Shown one piece after another: positions 1 through 7,961 of a DNA stretch of 32,000 bases. How positions within the stretch are numbered: the first letter of the stretch is position 1; every line of letters starts with the position of its first letter. The notes beneath the pieces were generated by a model. The model was given only the letters and a program-made list of their open reading frames with translations, made no database searches and was not told the origin of the DNA. The translations under genes were made by a program, and so were the position numbers. This DNA comes from Nitrosospira multiformis ATCC 25196 (GTDB lineage: Bacteria; Pseudomonadota; Gammaproteobacteria; Burkholderiales; Nitrosomonadaceae), in NCBI RefSeq assembly GCF_000196355.1, contig NC_007614.1:1170001-1202000 (forward strand), read 5' to 3'.

Positions 1-1
1 T

Positions 2-175
2 CGCGGCCATGGCCACGGTTCCCGACCCGGCGACCAATACGGTGGATCAGGTGACCAGTACCGTGGCGATCAGTACAACCGCGATGGGGGTGTCGATGTG
101 CATCGTTACCGCGAATATGGTGCGGGCGAGACGGTTCCCCGTGATTTGCCCCATATGAGGCCCATGGGCGAGTAA
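2..175 (+). CDS. 3' end of a gene entering from the left window edge; hypothetical protein with a G/D/Q/Y-rich C-terminus
   Basis: Frame 2 is open from the window edge to TAA at 173-175. It is absent from the ORF track because it has no in-window start. The translation is ...RGHGHGSRPGDQYGGSGDQYRGDQYNRDGGVDVHRYREYGAGETVPRDLPHMRPMGE*. Codon position 1 is strongly G-rich, as in real coding sequence. Two stem-loops follow directly. No family recognised. Confidence 0.35.
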   Translation, partial: RGHGHGSRPGDQYGGSGDQYRGDQYNRDGGVDVHRYREYGAGETVPRDLPHMRPMGE

Positions 176-181
176 AACACC

Positions 182-235
182 GTCCTCAGTGAGGACTCCA
201 ATATTGTCGAGAACCGGTTTTGACCGGTTCTCGAC
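182..235. terminator. Two adjacent stem-loops between convergent genes; possible bidirectional terminator or REP-like palindrome
   Basis: Hairpin 1 is gtcctc-agt-gaggac (182-196). Hairpin 2 has a perfect 12-bp stem, gtcgagaaccgg (206-217) and ccggttctcgac (224-235), with loop ttttga. It lies between the edge ORF stop (175) and the argJ stop (324). No clear U-tract follows on either strand, so the terminator assignment is tentative. Confidence 0.4.
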
Positions 236-323
236 AGGGCTGTCCTGTGGCGGAATCGTACGGCATCAGTGCTCAATATATTTCGAGCGGTTGCGGATTG
301 GGATAGGGACGTGCGCACTGGTA

Positions 324-1562
324 TCAGCTTCGATACTCCGCGTTGATTTTTACATAATCGTAAGACAAATCGCAGGTCCAGACAGTGGCTGCAGCCTGCC
401 CTCTATTCAGTGCGACGCGCACCGTAATTTCCGCTTGTTTCATCACCCGCTGTCCCTCTTTCTCCTCATAAGCAAAGGCTCTTCCCCCGTTTTCCGCAAC
501 CAGTACATCGTCGAGATAAAGTTGCAGTTTGTTGATGTCAAGAGCTTCTATGCCTGCATAGCCGATGGCGGCCAGTATTCGCCCGAGATTGGGATCTGAA
601 GCGAAGAACGCTGTCTTGATCAGGGGTGAGCGTGCAATCGCGTAAGCAACCTTGCGGCATTCCTCCACGGTTTTGCCACTTTCCACCTGGATTGTAATGA
701 ACTTGGTCGCGCCTTCGCCGTCGCGTACGATTTTCTGAGCAAGTTCCACTGCGACACCGGTTATCGCATCTTGCAATTGCACGAACTCCCGGCTTTCCTT
801 ATCCACGATAGGTGAATGAGCGGCGCATCCGGTGGCCATCAGAATGAATGCGTCATTGGTGGAGGTATCGCCGTCCACCGTGATGCAATTGAAGGAATGG
901 GCGGCAGCGTGCCGGACCATGTGTTCCAGCAAGGGATTGCTAACGGCGGCATCGGTTGCGATAAAACCCAGCATTGTTGCCATATTCGGATGAATCATTC
1001 CCGAACCTTTGGCAATGCCGGTAATCGTCACGGTTGTACCATTGAGGGCAATCCGGCGGGACACTGCCTTCGGCACAATATCGGTTGTCATGATCGCCTC
1101 AGAGGCGGCGAACCAGTTATCGGCCGCAAGGTTGTTTATTGCCCGTGGCAACCCGGTGACAATTTTGGGCAGAGGCAATGGTTCCATGATCACGCCGGTT
1201 GAAAAAGGCAGTATCTGTTCGCTGGCACACCCGAGCAGCCGGGCAGTCTCGGCGCAGGTGGTACGGGCGTCTTCAATGCCTCTTTCGCCGGTGCCGGCGT
1301 TGGCGCACCCCGTATTGATGACAAGGGCACGAATAGAACTCTTTGAATCGAGGGTCGAAAGATGTTCCCGGGCGACTGTGACTGGCGCTGCGCAAAAATC
1401 ATTCTGTGTAAACACTCCCGCCACCGTCGCCCCGTCATCCAGAACGATGACCAGGAGGTCCTTGCGCCCTGGTTTCCTGATGTTGGCTTCCACTATGCCC
1501 AGGGTGACGCCCTTTATGGCCAGGAGTTGTTCGGGTGGAGCAGGTGTAAAGTTGACAGGCAT
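324..1562 (-). CDS. argJ: Bifunctional ornithine acetyltransferase / N-acetylglutamate synthase ArgJ
   Basis: Full-length ArgJ-like translation. It includes the autoprocessing motif [16 protein letters not shown], then [10 protein letters not shown], and the typical C-terminus [15 protein letters not shown]. The ORF-track start at 1598 is a TTG. The ATG at 1562 ([13 protein letters not shown]...) gives a family-typical length of 412 aa. Confidence 0.9.
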   Translation of the reverse strand: MPVNFTPAPPEQLLAIKGVTLGIVEANIRKPGRKDLLVIVLDDGATVAGVFTQNDFCAAPVTVAREHLSTLDSKSSIRALVINTGCANAGTGERGIEDARTTCAETARLLGCASEQILPFSTGVIMEPLPLPKIVTGLPRAINNLAADNWFAASEAIMTTDIVPKAVSRRIALNGTTVTITGIAKGSGMIHPNMATMLGFIATDAAVSNPLLEHMVRHAAAHSFNCITVDGDTSTNDAFILMATGCAAHSPIVDKESREFVQLQDAITGVAVELAQKIVRDGEGATKFITIQVESGKTVEECRKVAYAIARSPLIKTAFFASDPNLGRILAAIGYAGIEALDINKLQLYLDDVLVAENGGRAFAYEEKEGQRVMKQAEITVRVALNRGQAAATVWTCDLSYDYVKINAEYRS

Positions 1563-1893
1563 AATAGATAGGCGAGGTAATGGGCGAATGAAGCGCAATC
1601 GATGCTTGGGTAAAAGAAGACAGTGGTATTATCGTCCACCCTGTTTTTTGAATCGGAAGAGTAGATTGTAGAAAAACGCAATCCTAACCCATCTTCAGGT
1701 TCTCCTCCATCTCATCTTTTCAGCCGCTGATAATGCCGAATAGCCCCGCATTACCCTGACGAGCAGGAAATTAGAATTTTTGCAACTGACAGAAATATTA
1801 TTAACGGCGAATGGCTCTCGTTCGCCGGGCCCCCGTTTTACCTGGCATGCCGCTTGATACGAGCAGGCCAGACAGGAATGAAGGAGAAGATGC

Positions 1894-2121
1894 ATGAATT
1901 ATGATAAAGAACTGGATGTGCGCGGATTGAACTGCCCGCTGCCCATATTGCGCACTAAAAAATCCCTTGTGGACATGATATCGGGCCAGGTGCTGAAAAT
2001 TATCGCAACGGACCCCGGCGCTGTAATCGACTTTCAGGTTTTTGCCGAGCAGACGGGAAATGAGCTGCTGTCGTTGTCAGAAGCAGCGGGGGAATTCACG
2101 TTTTATATGAAGAAAAGGTAG
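1894..2121 (+). CDS. tusA: TusA/SirA-family sulfurtransferase
   Basis: A 75-aa protein carrying the family-defining CPxP motif (LDVRGLNCPLPILRTKK). An AAGGAG ribosome-binding site lies 6-7 nt upstream of the ATG. Confidence 0.85.
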   Translation: MNYDKELDVRGLNCPLPILRTKKSLVDMISGQVLKIIATDPGAVIDFQVFAEQTGNELLSLSEAAGEFTFYMKKR

Positions 2122-2134
2122 CAGAGAAGAAGTG

Positions 2135-2164
2135 GCAAGGAGTAGAAGCAGCAAGGAGTAGAAG
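2135..2164. repeat. 16-nt tandem duplication (gcaaggagtagaag + 2 nt, two copies) just downstream of tusA
   Basis: gcaaggagtagaag occurs at 2135-2148 and again at 2151-2164. This was read directly from the sequence. Confidence 0.85.
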
Positions 2165-2184
2165 TAGTTTAAGGAAAATCTTAA

Positions 2185-2967
2185 TCATCGGAATTCACGG
2201 TATTCCCGTGGCCTTTCCGGACAGGCACGCAACCGTTGCGTTACGCGCTGGTAGGCTACCGGTGAATCGATCGCGCGGTGAGCGGCGATGACACCCTTCA
2301 TCAGATGCTGTTGCAAAGGTTGCAGTATCCCCTCCACCCAAGGCCTCGAGTCAGACCGTGCCTGGTTTTGCGAAGCATAATAACGCGGCTGGGAAAAGGC
2401 TGCCCGCAACGGTTCCTCCAGCATCCTCGCTCCAATACGAAAGTGTGACCGCCACGCCGACACATGCTCCAGCTCATGTTCGCGCACGATATTTCTTCTG
2501 CAGCTGTCGTCAAGTTCCCTGGCAAGATATACCCGCATCGCCGCAAATCCCAGTTTGACCGAGACGTCCGGCACCATGCACGTTCGCCCGTCCGTGCTTG
2601 TCCACTGCCTTGTCCGGAATTCGTATCTGAATTCCGGTTCGGCATGCGTCAACCCGTACACGTTGTGATACGCGTCGCCGGTCTTTCCTGATACCGATTG
2701 AAGCGCCCTGGCCGTGCGCGAACTGTCCTCGGCCGGCGCGATATCCAGATACACAACCGCCACCTTGCCGGGACCCATCAGTTTCTCGCAATTGGCTTCA
2801 AACGAGTCATTGCCGGCCAAAGCCATGCGTTGCGGTAATAGAAGCAGCAATAGCAGTCCGGCGAAAAAACTGGCTGCACGGTCTTTGCGGATTTGATCGT
2901 TCCCAGCGAATCTCAAATGGTTAAACCAGTCAAAGTAAGTAGGAGGTGGGGTCGGGATAAGGTTCAC
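2185..2967 (-). CDS. Hypothetical secreted protein with an HExxH motif; possibly a DUF922-like predicted Zn-peptidase
   Basis: A 260-aa ORF. An N-terminal signal-peptide-like segment (RKDRAASFFAGLLLLLLLPQRMALA|GN) is followed by a single HELEH motif (REHELEHVSAW). The DUF922 resemblance is recalled from memory only. The annotated start at 2967 is a GTG without an obvious ribosome-binding site, so the start is uncertain. Confidence 0.6.
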   Translation of the reverse strand: MNLIPTPPPTYFDWFNHLRFAGNDQIRKDRAASFFAGLLLLLLLPQRMALAGNDSFEANCEKLMGPGKVAVVYLDIAPAEDSSRTARALQSVSGKTGDAYHNVYGLTHAEPEFRYEFRTRQWTSTDGRTCMVPDVSVKLGFAAMRVYLARELDDSCRRNIVREHELEHVSAWRSHFRIGARMLEEPLRAAFSQPRYYASQNQARSDSRPWVEGILQPLQQHLMKGVIAAHRAIDSPVAYQRVTQRLRACPERPREYREFR

Positions 2968-3103
2968 GCACAGGGTAGCGTGGCAGGTAAGTATGGGGAG
3001 GTCAGCATGGTTTCATGCCGCATAACAACGAATTTTCGCATACCCCTTTGTTGGTTATCGCACAGAAGTCTGCCGCCCGATGGGAAATACTAAACTTTCA
3101 CCT

Positions 3104-3137
3104 GAAGTCACCCCTCTCAGGAAGTCACCCCTCTCAG
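3104..3137. repeat. Perfect 17-bp tandem duplication (gaagtcacccctctcag, two copies) about 80-110 bp upstream of nuoA
   Basis: Copies lie at 3104-3120 and 3121-3137, read directly from the sequence. Each copy, together with the flanking cctga, can form a cctga...tcagg hairpin. Confidence 0.9.
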
Positions 3138-3214
3138 GACCCGCAGGTTTTTGGGTGGACCAGCCTGTTTAATCCTGGTGTCATCAAAGGACCAAGCACA
3201 AAGGAGCCTAATCC

Positions 3215-3658
3215 TTGAATGCTTCCGCGACACAAGCAACAGAAATCTGGCCCCTGGTTGCATACTTTTTCCTCGTCGTCATGCTGGTGGTGGGCGTCAT
3301 GGCGCTTTCGTACATCATTGGCGAGCGTCATCGCTCCAAGGCTACGGATGAGCCGTTTGAAAGCGGCATTGTCACCGTCGGCCTTGCGCGCTTCCGCCTC
3401 TCTGCCAAATTCTATCTGATCGCAGTGTTCTTTGTGATCTTCGATGTAGAAGCCGTATTCCTTTTTGCCTGGGCCGTTGCTTTTCGTGAATTGGGCTGGC
3501 CGGGTTATATCGAGGCCATCATCTTCATATCTATTCTCGGAGCGGCCCTCGCTTATTTGTGGCGACTGGGGGCGCTGGACTGGGGGCCGCCCAGGCATTC
3601 GGCTGGCAGGTTTGCCAAAGACTCAAGGAGTCCAAATCATGCGGTGGTCTCTAAGTAA
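3215..3658 (+). CDS. nuoA: NADH-quinone oxidoreductase subunit A
   Basis: A 147-aa protein with three transmembrane segments. It contains the conserved PFESG and [28 protein letters not shown] block. TTG start at 3215 with AAGGAG at 3201-3206. Confidence 0.95.
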   Translation: MNASATQATEIWPLVAYFFLVVMLVVGVMALSYIIGERHRSKATDEPFESGIVTVGLARFRLSAKFYLIAVFFVIFDVEAVFLFAWAVAFRELGWPGYIEAIIFISILGAALAYLWRLGALDWGPPRHSAGRFAKDSRSPNHAVVSK

Positions 3659-4304
3659 GCCATCTGACAAACCATCCGGGCCAGCAACGCCCGGGTCTTC
3701 AATAATTCGCGATAACGGTTTTGAGGAAGACGGGCGCCGCAGCGTGTTGCTGACGCGATTGCAAGATCTTGTCGCCTGGGGCCGCAAGAATTCGGTCTGG
3801 CCTTACAACTTTGGCCTCTCGTGTTGTTATGTGGAAATGGCGACCAGCTTCACCAGCAAGTATGACCTTGCCCGCTTTGGCTCCGAAGTTATCCGCGCCT
3901 CTCCTCGCCAAGCCGACCTGATCGTTATTTCCGGTACGGTTTTTATCAAAATGGCGCCCGTCCTCCAGCGGCTTTACGATCAGATGCTTGAACCGCGCTG
4001 GGTTATTTCGATGGGCTCATGCGCGAATTCGGGTGGAATGTATGACATTTACAGCGTGGTGCAGGGTGTAGATCGATTCCTCCCCGTGGATGTTTATGTT
4101 CCGGGTTGCCCGCCTCGGCCTGACGCATTCATGCAGGGACTGAACTTGCTTCAGGACGCAATCGGCAAGGAAAAGCGTCCGTTGAGCTGGGTGATTGGTC
4201 CGCAGGGGATCGAGCGACCGGCTGAGGAATCGCAGCGGGATCTCAAGCGTTCCGGCCGAATGTGCGCCACCACCCTGCGCAGTCCCGACGAGGTACAAAA
4301 GTGA
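3639..4304 (+). CDS. nuoB: NADH-quinone oxidoreductase subunit B
   Basis: Carries the conserved [27 protein letters not shown] and PGCPPRP motifs that ligate cluster N2. It is colinear with the recalled 220-aa E. coli NuoB. I chose the ATG at 3639 (AAGGAG at 3625-3630) rather than the ORF-track start at 3465, which would overlap nuoA extensively. Confidence 0.95.
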   Translation: MRWSLSKPSDKPSGPATPGSSIIRDNGFEEDGRRSVLLTRLQDLVAWGRKNSVWPYNFGLSCCYVEMATSFTSKYDLARFGSEVIRASPRQADLIVISGTVFIKMAPVLQRLYDQMLEPRWVISMGSCANSGGMYDIYSVVQGVDRFLPVDVYVPGCPPRPDAFMQGLNLLQDAIGKEKRPLSWVIGPQGIERPAEESQRDLKRSGRMCATTLRSPDEVQK

Positions 4305-6127
4305 GCGCAGCCTCCAGCCTTGCCCCACAGCGGTATATGCAGGACATGGGCGGTGCATCGAACGCTTCAGATGTACTGGAAGAACTGAAGAACCGCTTTG
4401 GCCCCCCTGGCACTGATAACCCAGGAGGGCCAATGGGTGTAGTGCAAAAAACCGGCGATGACCTTCCCACGCAATGGGTCTCCAGGAACAGGGTACATGA
4501 GGTTCTGCACTACCTGAAACTGAAAGCGGAGCGGCCTTACCGCATGCTGTACGACCTGACCGCGATTGACGAACGCACACGCGTACACCGGGAAGACCAG
4601 CCGGCAAGCCGGTTCACTGTCATCTATCACCTGCTGTCGTTCGAGCGTAATGCGGACGTGTGCCTCAAGGTCGCGCTCACCGATACTGATCTTCGGATGC
4701 CCACCATTACCGATATCTGGCCTGCGGCAAACTGGTACGAGCGTGAGATATGGGACATGTTCGGGATCGTCTTCGACGGACACCCGCACCTGCGTCGAAT
4801 TTTGTTACCTCCCTGGTGGCAGGGTCACGCCCTGCGCAAGGATCATCCGGCTCGCGCGACGGAGATGGAACCATTCCATTTGTCCACGGAGAAGGAGGAG
4901 GCTGAGCAGGAGACACTGCGTTTTCATCCTGAAGAATGGGGAATGCGGCGCACACATGACGGCACCGATTTCATGTTCCTCAACCTGGGGCCGAACCATC
5001 CAAGCGTGCATGGCGTATTTCGCATTGTGCTGCAGCTCGACGGCGAGGAAATCATCGATGCTGTGCCAGAGATCGGCTTTCACCACCGGGGAGCAGAAAA
5101 GATGGGTGAGCGCCAATCATGGCATACCTATATTCCCTACACCGACCGCATCGATTACCTGGGAGGGGTCATGAACAACCTTCCCTATGTGCTGGCCGTG
5201 GAGAAACTGGCAGGCATTGAAGTGCCCGATCGGGTAAAGGTGATGCGCGTGATGATGGCAGAATTTTTTCGCATTGCAAGCCATCTGGTGTTCTATGGGA
5301 CTTTTACCCAGGATCTGGGCGCGCTTTCCCCGGTATTTTTCATGTTCACCGACCGCGAACGGGTATTCGATGTCGTGGAAGCCATCTGCGGGGGGCGAAT
5401 GCATCCGAGCTGGTATCGCATCGGCGGTGTGGCCCAGGACTTGCCTAATGGATGGGATAGGATGGTGCGGGATTTCCTGGATTATATGCCTGCAAGGCTG
5501 GATGAGTATGACAAGATTGCTGTGGGCAACCGCATCCTGAAAGCCCGGACGCGTGGCGTCGGCGGTTATTCGATAGATGAGGCGATCGAATGGGGCGTGA
5601 CCGGCCCCAATCTGCGCGCCTGCGGCTTCGAATGGGATTTCCGCAAGGCGCGGCCCTATTCGGGCTACGATCAGTTCGAGTTCGATGTGCCCACCGGCCA
5701 GCATGGCGATTGCTATGACCGCTGTGCCGTTCGTGTCCAGGAAATCCGCCAGAGCCTGCGCATCATCGATCAGTGCCTGGAAAACATGCCCGCCGGGGCG
5801 CATAAAGCGGATCATCCGCTCACCACGCCGCCCCTCAAGAAGCATACCTTGCATGACATCGAAACGCTCATCGATCATTTCCTGGGTGTGAGCTGGGGAC
5901 CTGTCATTCCTCCGGGGGAAGCATTCGTAGGCATCGAGGCGACCAAGGGAAACAACGGCTATTACCTGATTAGCGACGGCAATACCACGGCTTATCGGGT
6001 GCGTATCCGAACACCTTCCTTTCCGCACCTGCAAATGATTCCTTTGATCAGCCGTGGACTGATGATTTCGGATTTGATCGCCATTCTGGGCAGCATCGAT
6101 TTTGTCATGGCGGACGTGGATCGCTGA
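4301..6127 (+). CDS. nuoCD: NADH-quinone oxidoreductase fused subunit C/D
   Basis: A single frame encodes a NuoC-like N-terminal half ([20 protein letters not shown]) and a NuoD-like C-terminal half ([24 protein letters not shown] ... [12 protein letters not shown]). It is near-colinear with the recalled E. coli NuoCD. The GTG at 4301 overlaps the nuoB stop (GTGA). The ATG at 4337 is an alternative start. Confidence 0.93.
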   Translation: MSAASSLAPQRYMQDMGGASNASDVLEELKNRFGPPGTDNPGGPMGVVQKTGDDLPTQWVSRNRVHEVLHYLKLKAERPYRMLYDLTAIDERTRVHREDQPASRFTVIYHLLSFERNADVCLKVALTDTDLRMPTITDIWPAANWYEREIWDMFGIVFDGHPHLRRILLPPWWQGHALRKDHPARATEMEPFHLSTEKEEAEQETLRFHPEEWGMRRTHDGTDFMFLNLGPNHPSVHGVFRIVLQLDGEEIIDAVPEIGFHHRGAEKMGERQSWHTYIPYTDRIDYLGGVMNNLPYVLAVEKLAGIEVPDRVKVMRVMMAEFFRIASHLVFYGTFTQDLGALSPVFFMFTDRERVFDVVEAICGGRMHPSWYRIGGVAQDLPNGWDRMVRDFLDYMPARLDEYDKIAVGNRILKARTRGVGGYSIDEAIEWGVTGPNLRACGFEWDFRKARPYSGYDQFEFDVPTGQHGDCYDRCAVRVQEIRQSLRIIDQCLENMPAGAHKADHPLTTPPLKKHTLHDIETLIDHFLGVSWGPVIPPGEAFVGIEATKGNNGYYLISDGNTTAYRVRIRTPSFPHLQMIPLISRGLMISDLIAILGSIDFVMADVDR

Positions 6128-6159
6128 TGGATGGCTGAGGGGGATATTGAGAGGAAACA

Positions 6160-6666
6160 ATGCTGAGCGAGCAGGAGAGGAAAGAAATAGAAGCACATGC
6201 GCGGCACTACCCGAATAATCGGGCGGTATGCATCGAGGCACTCAAGATCGTGCAGCAGCATCGCGGCTGGGTATCGAATGAGGGGATTGCCGACGTGGCC
6301 GAGGCGTTGCAGATGAAGCCGGCCGAACTGGAGAGCGTTGCAACCTTCTACAACATGATTTTCCGCAAGCCGGTAGGCAAGCACGTCATTTTGCTATGCG
6401 ACAGCGTCAGTTGCTGGATCATGGGTTATGAACGCTTGCGCCAGCACCTGGGAGACAGGTTGGGTATCAGGCCGGGCCAGACCACCGCCGACGGGCGCTT
6501 CACGCTGTTGCCGAACGTGTGCCTGGGCGCCTGCGATCATGCTCCTGTCATGATGGTGGATGACGCGCATTACCAGGACCTGGATCCCGCCAGGATCGAT
6601 CAGATTCTGGCAAGTTATCAACAGGAAGAAGAAAAATCGACCGATGGAAACACCGCTGACGCATAA
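6160..6666 (+). CDS. nuoE: NADH-quinone oxidoreductase subunit E (2Fe-2S)
   Basis: A 168-aa protein with 2Fe-2S cysteine motifs (LCDSVSCW and CLGACDHAP). A GAGAGGA ribosome-binding site lies upstream. Confidence 0.95.
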   Translation: MLSEQERKEIEAHARHYPNNRAVCIEALKIVQQHRGWVSNEGIADVAEALQMKPAELESVATFYNMIFRKPVGKHVILLCDSVSCWIMGYERLRQHLGDRLGIRPGQTTADGRFTLLPNVCLGACDHAPVMMVDDAHYQDLDPARIDQILASYQQEEEKSTDGNTADA

Positions 6667-7921
6667 CATTTCACCGGGCAGGGAACCTCCGGATCTTGCG
6701 CAGTACGAGAAGGCCGGAGGTTATGGCGCGCTGCGCAAGGCGCTCGGTATGGCGCCGGCGGAAATTCAGGCAGCGGTCAAGGAATCCAACCTGCGCGGCC
6801 GTGGCGGAGCGGGGTTTCCAACTGCACAGAAATGGAGTTTTGTGCCGATGGGCGATGATGCGCCGCGGCCCAAGTATCTCGTTTGCAATGCCGACGAGAT
6901 GGAGCCGGGTACATTCAAGGATCGTATGTTGCTCGAGGGAGACCCCCATCAGTTGATCGAAGGCATTATCATCAGCGCCTATGCGATCCAGGCCGATGTG
7001 GCTTACGTATTTCTGCGCTGGGCCTACAAACTGGCGGCCCGGCGCGTGGAGCGCGCAATCGTTGAAGCATACCGCCACGGCTACCTGGGTAAAAATATCC
7101 TGGGCTCGGCTTACAGTCTGGAGATGCACCTGCACGTCAGTGCGGGACGCTACATATGCGGAGAGGAGACCGCGCTGCTCAATGCCCTCGAAGGCAAGCG
7201 CGCCAACCCACGGGCCAAACCTCCCTATCCCCAGGTGAGTGGCCTGTGGGGAAAGCCTACCATTGTCAATAGCGTGGAAACCTTGTGCAACGTTCCGCAT
7301 ATCGTGAAGCAGGGGGCCGAATGGTTCAGGAGCCTGAGCCGCAGCGACGACGGCGGAACGAAGCTGTATGGGGCAAGCGGGAGAGTGAAGAACCCGGGAT
7401 TATGGGAATTGCCCATGGGCACTCCTCTGCGCGAGATTCTGGAAGAGCATGCGGGCGGCATGCGTGACGGCTATCAGTTTCGCGGGGTGCTGCCGGGTGG
7501 CGCTTCGACTGATTTTGTTACTGCCGAGCACCTCGACGTGGCGATGGATTTCGATTCGGTGCAGAAGGCCGGCAGCCGCCTCGGCACCGGCACCATGATC
7601 ATCCTTGATGACAAGACCTGCCCCGTTGGCATGCTGCTCAATCTGGAACATTTCTTCGCCCAGGAATCATGCGGCTGGTGCACCCCGTGCTGGTCGGGGC
7701 TTTCCTGGATCGAACAGATATTGCAGGACATGGAGGAGGGTCGCGGCCGGGCTTCCGACCTTGAATTGCTGGAATCCCATACGCGCCTCCTGGGTCCCGG
7801 ACATACTTTTTGTGCGCTTGCCCCCGGAGCGGCCGAGCCCCTGCAAAGCGGCCTCAAGTATTTCCGTGATGATTTCGAGCGCCATATCCATGAGAAACGC
7901 TGTCCCTGGAGCCCGACGTGA
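6644..7921 (+). CDS. nuoF: NADH-quinone oxidoreductase subunit F (FMN/NADH-binding)
   Basis: Contains the GRGGAGFPT motif, the CNADEMEPGTFKDR motif and the 4Fe-4S motif ESCGWCTPC. I chose the ATG at 6644 (METPLTHN...). The ORF-track start at 6560 lies deep inside nuoE. Confidence 0.95.
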   Translation: METPLTHNISPGREPPDLAQYEKAGGYGALRKALGMAPAEIQAAVKESNLRGRGGAGFPTAQKWSFVPMGDDAPRPKYLVCNADEMEPGTFKDRMLLEGDPHQLIEGIIISAYAIQADVAYVFLRWAYKLAARRVERAIVEAYRHGYLGKNILGSAYSLEMHLHVSAGRYICGEETALLNALEGKRANPRAKPPYPQVSGLWGKPTIVNSVETLCNVPHIVKQGAEWFRSLSRSDDGGTKLYGASGRVKNPGLWELPMGTPLREILEEHAGGMRDGYQFRGVLPGGASTDFVTAEHLDVAMDFDSVQKAGSRLGTGTMIILDDKTCPVGMLLNLEHFFAQESCGWCTPCWSGLSWIEQILQDMEEGRGRASDLELLESHTRLLGPGHTFCALAPGAAEPLQSGLKYFRDDFERHIHEKRCPWSPT

Positions 7922-7961
7922 AAGGTGAAACAGGAAATACAGCGAGGCTGGCAAGACGAAT

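Noticed and set aside
106-318. A 70-aa minus-strand ORF downstream of argJ.
   Set aside because: It spans both palindromic stem-loops and the 3' end of the better-supported plus-strand edge ORF. It has no ribosome-binding site and no recognisable motif.
1695-1895. A 66-aa minus-strand ORF in the argJ/tusA divergent intergenic region.
   Set aside because: It overlaps the tusA ribosome-binding site and start. It has no ribosome-binding site of its own and no recognisable domain, so it is probably just promoter DNA.
2119-2172. Possible stop-codon read-through extension of tusA into the purine-rich repeat.
   Set aside because: A second in-frame stop (TAG) follows after only 7 codons and a third soon after. 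There is no read-through context or conserved extension.
3465-4304. ORF-track N-terminal extensions of nuoB (start 3465), nuoF (6560), nuoM (15350), nuoCD (4262) and argJ (1598).
   Set aside because: The extensions overlap the preceding gene by 80-190 nt and encode non-homologous sequence. Internal starts with ribosome-binding sites (3639, 6644, 15536, 4301, 1562) give family-typical lengths.
5117-6241. A 374-aa ORF antisense to nuoCD. Similar long antisense or out-of-frame ORFs occur at 4017-4607, 6671-7300, 8019-8873, 10293-10850, 12394-12948 and 13824-14270.
   Set aside because: All lie entirely within strongly supported nuo genes on the opposite strand or in another frame. Their translations are Arg/Ala/Gly/Pro-rich, low-complexity sequence typical of shadow ORFs in GC-rich coding DNA. 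None has a recognisable motif or ribosome-binding site.
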